Source: Dehalococcoidia bacterium (lineage in GTDB: Bacteria > Chloroflexota > Dehalococcoidia > Lucifugimonadales > CATOSD01). Taken from it: a DNA stretch of 64,000 nt. Positions 44,378 through 51,469 of the stretch are shown here, piece after piece; within the stretch, counting starts at the first letter, position 1, and each line of letters opens with the position of its first letter. The position numbers and the translations under genes are program-made. Under the pieces are notes generated by a model. It was not told where the DNA came from, did no database searches, and worked only from the letters and a program-made list of their open reading frames with translations. The stretch covers positions 7,683 to 71,682 of the forward strand of contig DAOUJZ010000075.1 of NCBI GenBank assembly GCA_034421955.1, read 5' to 3'.

Positions 44378-44427
44378 TTTCCAGTGTGGGGTGTGGTGGC
44401 GTATGCTACTGCGCGGGGTTATGGACT

Positions 44428-45396
44428 ATGCCAAAGATCGAGTTCGACATGGAGCCGAGACCGCCGTACGATTTCGCGCTTACGGCGGCGTACGTGACGC
44501 ATTTTCAGCGCCGGTATGCGGCGGAGTCGTTCGAGGATGGGGTGTTCCGTCGGCTGCTGGACCTGGACGGCCGCGTGGCGCTGGCGGAGGCGCGGTCGGC
44601 GGGCGGGCCGGACGCGCCGCGGGTGGAGGTGTCGCTGCGGGGCGATGGCCTGGACGAGGGGTGCGTCGAGGCGGCGCGCGCGCAGCTTGCGTTGCTGCTG
44701 GGCACGGAGGACGACGTGCGGCCCTTCTACGAGATGGCCCGGGCGGACGACGCGCTGGCGCCGCTGGTGGAGGCGCTGTACGGGCTGCACGTGCCGCAGG
44801 CGGCGTCGGTGTTCGAGGCGCTCACGCTGTCCATCATCGGGCAGCAGATCAGCGCGCAGGTGGCGCGGGTGCTGCGCGGGCTGATCATCGAGACGTTCGG
44901 GCGGCGGGCGGAGTTCGACGGCGAGGACTACTGGGCCTTTCCGCGCGCGGAGGCGGTCGCGTCGGCGAGCGTAGAGGACCTGCGCGGACTGAAGCTGAGC
45001 CAGCGCAAGGCGGAGTACGTGCTGGGGGTGGCGAAGAGCGTGGCGTCGGGCGAGCTGGACCTGGAGGGCCTGCGCGGCCTGCCGGCGGGCGAGGTGGTGG
45101 AGCGGCTGACGGCGATTCGCGGCGTGGGGCCGTGGACGGCGCACTGGCTGCTGATAGGCGCGCTGGGCGAGCCGGACGGGTTCCCGTCGGGGGACCTGGC
45201 GCTGCAGCGGACGATGGGGACGCTGGTCGGCGACGGCGCGCCGATGGCGGCGGGGGACGCGCTGGCGTACTCGGAGCGGTGGTCGCCGCATCGGAGCTAC
45301 GTGACGACGTACCTGTTCGCGGCGGCGCGGGCTGCGCGGTGGCGGGAGGGATTATCCACGAAGGGCACGAAGGGACACGAAGAGGGGGAAGGCTAG
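44428..45396 (+). CDS. HhH-GPD superfamily DNA glycosylase (AlkA-like)
   Basis: IRGVGPWTAHWLLIGALG...GDLAL (HhH plus catalytic Asp). Start at ATG 44428. The last about 14 codons are encoded by a repeat element. Confidence 0.8.
   Translation: MPKIEFDMEPRPPYDFALTAAYVTHFQRRYAAESFEDGVFRRLLDLDGRVALAEARSAGGPDAPRVEVSLRGDGLDEGCVEAARAQLALLLGTEDDVRPFYEMARADDALAPLVEALYGLHVPQAASVFEALTLSIIGQQISAQVARVLRGLIIETFGRRAEFDGEDYWAFPRAEAVASASVEDLRGLKLSQRKAEYVLGVAKSVASGELDLEGLRGLPAGEVVERLTAIRGVGPWTAHWLLIGALGEPDGFPSGDLALQRTMGTLVGDGAPMAAGDALAYSERWSPHRSYVTTYLFAAARAARWREGLSTKGTKGHEEGEG
45351..45388. repeat. CACGAAGG-type repeat element (copy 2), forms the 3' end of the alkA-like ORF
   Basis: ATTATCCACGAAGGGCACGAAGGGACACGAAGAGGGGG encodes ...STKGTKGHEEGEG before the stop. 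Confidence 0.8.
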
Positions 45397-45412
45397 GATA
45401 GGGGCGTTCCTG

Positions 45413-45462
45413 ATACAATCGCCGGGAGACTGGCCCCATACAATCGCCGGGAGACTGGCCCC
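45413..45462. repeat. perfect 25-bp tandem duplication
   Basis: ATACAATCGCCGGGAGACTGGCCCC at 45413-45437 and again at 45438-45462. Confidence 0.9.
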
Positions 45463-45469
45463 GATGTAG

Positions 45470-45490
45470 GGGCGGGTTTCAAACCCGCCC
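45470..45490. repeat. 10-bp-arm palindrome GGGCGGGTTT-C-AAACCCGCCC
   Basis: Read directly, 28 nt upstream of the hydrolase ATG. Confidence 0.85.
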
Positions 45491-45517
45491 GGAGACCGCA
45501 GAGAGGAGCAAGGGCAC

Positions 45518-46381
45518 ATGGCAGACGTTTATCCGGAAGACAAGTGGGTGGAGGTGAACGGCCTCAACCTGCATTACCTGGACTGGGGCGGCGACATGAC
45601 GAAGAAGCCGCTGATACTGATGCACGGCATCGGCGGGCACGCGCACATGTTCGACGAGTTCGCGCCGCACATGACCGACAAGTGGCACGTCATCGCGCTG
45701 GACGCGCGGGGCTGCGGCGACAGCGAGTGGAGCCGCGGCGGGTACTCGACGCAGGCGTTCGCGTCGGACGTGGGACTGTTCGCCCAGAAGCTGGGGCTGT
45801 ACCCGTTCGACTACTACGGCCACTCCCAGGGCTCGCGCATCGGCATGCCGCTGGGAGCGTACTACGGCCACCTGGTGGACCACCTGGTGCTGGGGGACTA
45901 CGGCCCGGTGCCGGACCCGTCGCCGAGCGGGCGGGACACGGCGGCGCGTCGGCTGCAGAGCAGCGCGGCGCCAAAGCCGAAGGGCTTTTTCAATCCGGAG
46001 ATGGCGTACGCCTGGTACAAGGAGCAGAACCCGGACTGGTCGGACGACCGCATCAACGACACGATCCGGCACACGCACCGGACGAACTGGGACGGCATCC
46101 TGGTTTCGAAGACGGACCCGGAGATCTCGTGGCTGATGGGTCGGACGGCGCTGAAGGAGGGGCCGTTCCTGAAGGACTGCGTGAGCAGGATTTCGTGCAA
46201 GACGCTGGTGCTTCGGGGGGAGTCGAGCACGGTGCTGGACGCGGCGCAGGCGCGGGAGATGGAGGCGGCGATACCGAACGGCAACGGCACGTTCGGCGAG
46301 GTGCCGGGCGCGGGGCACGGGCTGCACAGCGAGAACATGGGCGAGACGGTGCGGATAGTGCGGGAGTTTTTCGGGACGTAG
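45518..46381 (+). CDS. alpha/beta hydrolase
   Basis: HGIGGH oxyanion region, GHSQGS nucleophile elbow, C-terminal GAGHGLH. Confidence 0.85.
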   Translation: MADVYPEDKWVEVNGLNLHYLDWGGDMTKKPLILMHGIGGHAHMFDEFAPHMTDKWHVIALDARGCGDSEWSRGGYSTQAFASDVGLFAQKLGLYPFDYYGHSQGSRIGMPLGAYYGHLVDHLVLGDYGPVPDPSPSGRDTAARRLQSSAAPKPKGFFNPEMAYAWYKEQNPDWSDDRINDTIRHTHRTNWDGILVSKTDPEISWLMGRTALKEGPFLKDCVSRISCKTLVLRGESSTVLDAAQAREMEAAIPNGNGTFGEVPGAGHGLHSENMGETVRIVREFFGT

Positions 46382-46389
46382 GGGCTAAC
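46342..46389 (+). repeat. 48-bp direct repeat, copy 1 (3' end and stop of the hydrolase gene)
   Basis: CGAGACGGTGCGGATAGTGCGGGAGTTTTTCGGGACGTAGGGGCTAAC. Confidence 0.9.
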
Positions 46390-48043
46390 AATCCGGCAGG
46401 TCGAGTGACGACAGGTCGTTGTCGGCCACGTCCTCGAGGTGCTGCGGGATGCAGCCGGTGAGAGAGTTGCCCGACAGCCTGAGCGTCTCCAGGTTAGAGA
46501 GGAGCCCCAACTCTGCCGGTATCGTGCCGGTCAGGGAGTTGCCGGAGAGGTCCAGCGTCACCAGAGCGGAGAGTTCCCCCAAAGAGGGCGGTATCGTTCC
46601 GTCCAGGCCCTCGTCGTCGAGCTCCAGTTCCGCAACACGCGTGGAGCTTGCATTGAGAGACACGCCCTCCCATGTGGCGATGGTCCTATCCACGCTCCAG
46701 TCAAGCGGTGTGGTACCTGTGAGCGTGTCCTTCAGCCGTAGCAGCGTGATGCAGTCGCGCATGAGGCCGGGGTTGTCGGCCTGGTCGGGCACTGCGAGGC
46801 CGCACGGCGGGGGCGGTTGCACGGGCGGCCCGCCGGGGTGGTCGTAGGCGCCGACCTTGGGGTCGGAGAAGAACTCGCGCAGCCGGTTGGCGTCGGTAAC
46901 CAGCATTGGAAAGCTAGGGTCTGGGCGGGTTCGCCCACCGTTTGCGGTCACACGCGCCTGGTGGGCGGCGGTCACCGCCTGGGTGAAGGCGGGCAACTCC
47001 ATCTCCAGCTTGGAGCGGTGCATTTGAAAATCTTCGGGGTCGCCAGCAAAAAAACCTCTGTGCGGATGAATCGCGATTACTGTGCCGTCGTCCCGGCGCT
47101 CGACGTTCCAAGTCCTAAAGACTTTCCAGGCTTCGACAGAAACGTCCACCGCCGGTCCAACAAAAAGGATGGCCTCCCTGCCCTCAATGGGGCTTATCTC
47201 AAAAGGCCCAATCTCCCCACCTTCAATCAAGGCACGTTCCCATATGCTCTTGATCTCATCTGTTTCTGCTTCTCCCCAAGTATCTGGGTAAAGGTCATGC
47301 GCCACCTCTACGGCCAATGCTGAGGGACCCGAGCCGAGAACATAAGCGTTCACACGCACATCGGCGTAGCACTTCACTATAGGAGACTCTCTTGTGAGCC
47401 TGAATCCATCCGGGCCGACATAGGACGGAGGGCGAAAGCGGTCACCGGAGCCGCAGCGCACGGTGCCTGGGAGGTAGGTGCCACGCAGCACGATGTGGGC
47501 CACGAAAGTGTCGGATCTACGCTCCAAGAAGTGCTCCATACCAAATGGTACGTCGCCGACATCGATCATCGACGCTCCGATTGCGACTCGTGGCTTCCAG
47601 CCAGGCTCACACGGGTCCACGGAGGAGCCGGGCGCTGGGGTGCAGGGGGGTATCTCCTCGGTAAGATAGGATGGTCCTGGGACAGGTGTCGAGGTCTGCG
47701 TGGAGACGGGAGTTGGTGTGGGAGACGGTTCGGGTGTTGCAGTGGGTGCGGTCACCGCGCTGGGTGTGGGCGCAGGGGCAAGCTTCGGCGTCGGGACGGG
47801 CGGGGAGGTCGGCGTCGACGTGGGGACGGGTATAGAGGTTGGCGTTGGCGTTGGCGTCAGGATGGGCCCGGAAGTGGGAGGAAGCGCCGGCTCAGGCGCA
47901 GAGGGCGCGGCGGCGGCAGTCGGCGTTGGTGGGGAGGTTGGCGTGGGGGCGGGCGTGGGCTGCCCGCCGGCGCAGGCGGCGAGGGCGAACGCGGCGGCGG
48001 CGAGGATTACGGCGGACAGCGTAGCGCGGGGCACTATGCGCAT
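46385..48043 (-). CDS. lipoprotein with Pro/Thr-rich linker, unknown central domain and C-terminal plant-type leucine-rich repeats
   Basis: Signal plus lipobox AFALAACAGG, a long PTPTS-rich tract, and LRRs LDGTIPPSLGELSALVTLDLSGNSLTGTIPAELGLLSNLETLRLSGNSLTGCIP. Confidence 0.8.
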   Translation of the reverse strand: MRIVPRATLSAVILAAAAFALAACAGGQPTPAPTPTSPPTPTAAAAPSAPEPALPPTSGPILTPTPTPTSIPVPTSTPTSPPVPTPKLAPAPTPSAVTAPTATPEPSPTPTPVSTQTSTPVPGPSYLTEEIPPCTPAPGSSVDPCEPGWKPRVAIGASMIDVGDVPFGMEHFLERRSDTFVAHIVLRGTYLPGTVRCGSGDRFRPPSYVGPDGFRLTRESPIVKCYADVRVNAYVLGSGPSALAVEVAHDLYPDTWGEAETDEIKSIWERALIEGGEIGPFEISPIEGREAILFVGPAVDVSVEAWKVFRTWNVERRDDGTVIAIHPHRGFFAGDPEDFQMHRSKLEMELPAFTQAVTAAHQARVTANGGRTRPDPSFPMLVTDANRLREFFSDPKVGAYDHPGGPPVQPPPPCGLAVPDQADNPGLMRDCITLLRLKDTLTGTTPLDWSVDRTIATWEGVSLNASSTRVAELELDDEGLDGTIPPSLGELSALVTLDLSGNSLTGTIPAELGLLSNLETLRLSGNSLTGCIPQHLEDVADNDLSSLDLPDC

Positions 48044-48159
48044 CCTTCGAGCCGGGGTTGGTGGTTCGGCATTGGGGCGACGATATCATACATAGGCGCA
48101 TCTCACATCACGAAACTCACAGCCAGGGGCAACCCGTGAGGAACGCTAGTCTCCGCGGA

Positions 48160-48207
48160 CGAGACGGTGCGGATAGTGCGGGAGCTTTTCGGGACGTAGG
48201 GGCTAGC
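48160..48207 (+). repeat. 48-bp direct repeat, copy 2 (orphan gene-tail relic)
   Basis: CGAGACGGTGCGGATAGTGCGGGAGCTTTTCGGGACGTAGGGGCTAGC, with 2 mismatches to copy 1. Confidence 0.9.
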
Positions 48208-48275
48208 GCTCCGCTTGCCTACTCTCCCTCAGGATGAGGGCGAACCGCGCACGTCCCAACCGCGGCCCCTGATTC

Positions 48276-48797
48276 CTAAAGGCTCCGTCCTTCCAGTGCT
48301 CTGTCGCATAGGTAACTGAACGAGGCTCGAACGATTCGACGGCATTCGCTATTCAACAGGCTTACATACTCGGTCGTCCACGCATCTGAGAAGCCCTTGT
48401 CGCTAAGGGCTTCCAGCAATACATTATGGCTCGGTTTTCTGCCTATAAGCCGACTGGCAGGAACCAACACCCAGCGTGGCGTGGGGAAGCTGATGGCCAA
48501 TCCAAAGTAGCCCTCAACGCCAGGCGAGTCGATCAATGAGGCCAAATCTTCGTCCGTCAGTTGGCGCGGACGTGGGCCTAACACCTCGGCTTCAATCTCA
48601 AAGAGAAGTTCGTCCGTTCCTCCAATCGCGACAATATCTGGATGACCCGTGCGATTGATAGCTTCCACTCTGTAACCAAGTCGCAGGAGTACATGGGCGG
48701 CCAAGGCTTGCACTTTGTATCCAAACTCAGATGGCGAAACGCTCAGGCGCAGACTCTCAATACAATCTGAGGCATGGAGCGACGCTGCATCATTCAT
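48276..48797 (-). CDS. 173-aa protein with PD-(D/E)xK-like (Mrr-type) core motif
   Basis: LLRLGYRVEAINRTGHPDIVAIGGTDELLFEIEAE has a helix, strand, PD and hhhE-x-E layout. ATGAATGA overlap with the ATPase gene. Confidence 0.5.
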   Translation of the reverse strand: MNDAASLHASDCIESLRLSVSPSEFGYKVQALAAHVLLRLGYRVEAINRTGHPDIVAIGGTDELLFEIEAEVLGPRPRQLTDEDLASLIDSPGVEGYFGLAISFPTPRWVLVPASRLIGRKPSHNVLLEALSDKGFSDAWTTEYVSLLNSECRRIVRASFSYLCDRALEGRSL

Positions 48798-50865
48798 ACC
48801 GTATCTTCAAGGTTGGCCCCTCAGTGGGTGACCACCCTGTGGGCTCAACAATAACGTAACCAGCCTCGTCGAACACTTCCGGTATCATCTCCTGAAAGCG
48901 CTCCGTTTCTTGTGAGGCGACGATCAGTTGTACGTTGCGTCCAAGTTCGTGCAGGCGTTCCACTAGAATTCTTATGTGTTCCGTGTCCAGGGCTCGCGTG
49001 GGGTCGTCCAGCATGACAAGATAGACCTCGGTGGGAGTATCCTCGGTCTGGCTGAACGCAAAGTACGGCACGAGGTTCAAGGCGCTCTCTGCCTGGCCGT
49101 TCAGCACGCCCGTCGGGTCTTCCCTTCCAGGCTCCTGACTGCTGGCAACCCTTAGCTGTAGCTTAGGGAGTACAGACTCCGAGATTACCAACTGGTCATA
49201 CCACGGATGCCGTGTCAGGGCGCTGAAGGCATTTGACAGAATATCAGAGACACGAGGGATGTCTTGTGCGAGCTGTTCATTCAAGCAGGTCTCGATTGCT
49301 TCCTTAGTTGCACGAACTGATTCTCCAAAAGAAACCAAGTTGTCATAGGACGCTATAGCACGCTCAAGTTCCCTTTTGCGCGTGTATAGGCCGCTAAGGT
49401 AGCCCTGAATTCGGTGAACCCGGTTCTCTTCATTGAGTTTGTCTAGTTCGGCCTGCTTTGCTCTGAACCATTCCTCTTGGTTGTCTAGCTGAGCCTTGAT
49501 CTCGGCTTCTCTTTCAGCGTGATTCTTGATCGCCTGTTGTACGCTGCTGGTGGCGCTTAGGTTCTTCTTGTCCTCATCGTCGACAAGGTTCATCGCGTTG
49601 GCAAGATCTCGTTTTAGGGATGTCAATTCAGCGACTTGTGCATTGAGCCGACCCTTCAATTCTTGATACTGCTGAAGCTGCGATTCAAGCTCGGCCACCG
49701 AAGAAATGATGGAGTCGCCAGGGTGAGTCACGGTGTCCTGTAGAGCGGACGCCAGACTTTGTCGGTCGTGATTTGAATCGCAGATTGGGCAGGAAACCGT
49801 CTCGGATTCATCGCGCCCAATTAGCTCAATCGCGTCCTGTAATATCCGCCCCTGTATGGATTCTGTGTCGGCTTGAGCCTTCACTGCTTTGAGGCCTTGG
49901 TACAGTTCATTGGGTGTTCGGTCGCCAAGAACTGAACTCAATTCTGATTGACAGTTTTGGACACAGGCTTCTTGCTCGCTAACCTGCTTTTGACAGCGGT
50001 GCAAGGTCTCCAAGCGCTCCCGCCGGCTGGACAAATTCGTTGCCTCATTCTCCAGACTGCCTTGCTGTTGAGTACGCCTTTTTTCTAGGGAAGCGGCGGC
50101 GCTCTCAAGTAGAGCCTCCAATGACAGACCCACCAATGCTGGCGGATTGCCGGTGACTTCTCTGATGAAGTTGTTTGTCTTTTGTTCGGACGCTGAAATT
50201 GACGGTATGGGTCCGTCGCCCCACGGTGGGGCGTCTAGGATGCGCCTTCTGCGGTTCTCTTGGTCTGCAATTTGGTCATCAATGTTCTTGCGAACACCCG
50301 TGAGTTTTTCGTCTAAATTGTGCTCAGCTTCAGCTTGTTCCTTCAAGAAATCGTCAATGTTGCTGAGTAGCACACGTGGATGCGTAAGGCCGAGATAGTT
50401 GAAGACTGTTCTTTCAAATGGGTCCAAGTCCTCTGGCTGCCGACGGAGTGGAGCAGACTGGGGCGCGAAGATCACGTGTGTCCCTTCGCCCGCATTTACA
50501 GAATCGAGTTGAGGCATAATGTCCCTCAACAGGTGTCTGGTTCCACTTTGGTCGGTGAGGATTCCATCGGCTCTTCCGCGAGTTCCTAAATCCAGTGTGC
50601 GGCGCAGGGTCCATGGTTCCCCGTCGCGCATCAACTTTATCGTGACACGGCAATTGCCCGTGTATCGCTGATTCTTCACAATCTCATTGGTGCGGAACGT
50701 CGACCCAAACAGCCCCCATCGGACAGCTTCCACAATGCTGGACTTTCCGTTGCCATTTAGCCCAAGCAGAAACACGTGGCGTCCTTTGAAGTCAATCGTC
50801 TTGGGAGACGTGAACCCCTTGAATCCTTCTATTTCAACGCCTTGAACAATGAACCCGCGCGCCAT
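48790..50865 (-). CDS. Rad50/SMC/DndD-like ABC ATPase with coiled coil and CxxC hook
   Basis: Walker A LGLNGNGKSS, long heptad-rich middle with CPICDS, signature-like LNGQAES, Walker B/D-loop VYLVMLDDPTRALD. Confidence 0.85.
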   Translation of the reverse strand: MARGFIVQGVEIEGFKGFTSPKTIDFKGRHVFLLGLNGNGKSSIVEAVRWGLFGSTFRTNEIVKNQRYTGNCRVTIKLMRDGEPWTLRRTLDLGTRGRADGILTDQSGTRHLLRDIMPQLDSVNAGEGTHVIFAPQSAPLRRQPEDLDPFERTVFNYLGLTHPRVLLSNIDDFLKEQAEAEHNLDEKLTGVRKNIDDQIADQENRRRRILDAPPWGDGPIPSISASEQKTNNFIREVTGNPPALVGLSLEALLESAAASLEKRRTQQQGSLENEATNLSSRRERLETLHRCQKQVSEQEACVQNCQSELSSVLGDRTPNELYQGLKAVKAQADTESIQGRILQDAIELIGRDESETVSCPICDSNHDRQSLASALQDTVTHPGDSIISSVAELESQLQQYQELKGRLNAQVAELTSLKRDLANAMNLVDDEDKKNLSATSSVQQAIKNHAEREAEIKAQLDNQEEWFRAKQAELDKLNEENRVHRIQGYLSGLYTRKRELERAIASYDNLVSFGESVRATKEAIETCLNEQLAQDIPRVSDILSNAFSALTRHPWYDQLVISESVLPKLQLRVASSQEPGREDPTGVLNGQAESALNLVPYFAFSQTEDTPTEVYLVMLDDPTRALDTEHIRILVERLHELGRNVQLIVASQETERFQEMIPEVFDEAGYVIVEPTGWSPTEGPTLKIRYE

Positions 50866-50870
50866 TGTCT

Positions 50871-51071
50871 TTAGCTCCCTTCAAGCCGTTCGAGTTGGCT
50901 TCTCACATTACTCTCAAGTCGGTCCTTCTCGGCATCCAACCAGGTCTTGACGGCTTCAGGGCCTCCTCTAACGAAATAGTCGGCCATCGTCACCCACAGT
51001 TCTCTGGTCTCTGAAGTCAACTGCTGTGTAACCACCTCGCTGAATGCCTGGTTTGGGTGTGCCTCTGTCAC
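50871..51071 (-). CDS. 66-aa helical protein, first gene of the ATPase operon
   Basis: ORF ends 5 nt before the ATPase ATG and has the same AT-richer composition. Confidence 0.5.
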   Translation of the reverse strand: MTEAHPNQAFSEVVTQQLTSETRELWVTMADYFVRGGPEAVKTWLDAEKDRLESNVRSQLERLEGS

Positions 51072-51232
51072 TTGCTACTCCTTGGTGCTCATCCGATCAT
51101 CCCCTAATGCCGAAACAGCTAGATTTGCATTTGGCAACAGCACAAGCTTACCACGCAGTTGCACTTCTTGCACATTCTCAACTTTAGTCACAGGATAGTA
51201 GGCGTAATGAACGCAAAATGACACACCCCCCT

Positions 51233-51259
51233 GGGTTCCCGCGTTCGTGGGAACGACGG
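51233..51259. repeat. family-B hairpin element
   Basis: GGGTTCCCGCGTTCGTGGGAACGACGG, stem GTTCCC/GGGAAC, preceded by a C6 run. Confidence 0.75.
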
Positions 51260-51318
51260 TAGGGAAGGCGAAAATGAGGATACGCCAGCCGGCAACGACG
51301 ATACGCCACCCCGCTCAT

Positions 51319-51346
51319 GGATTCCGGCTCGGGGGCCGGAATGACG
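51319..51346. repeat. family-B hairpin element
   Basis: GGATTCCGGCTCGGGGGCCGGAATGACG, stem ATTCCGGC/GCCGGAAT. Confidence 0.75.
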
Positions 51347-51469
51347 TTTGTGGGGCCGCCTAGCAGTCTGACACAGGCTCCACGCCCGCCGCCGCTTGCC
51401 CGCGTGCACGTTAAGGCGTATGCTACTTTACGCATTTCCAATTGCCAGAAACGTGTGGAGGATACCCAG

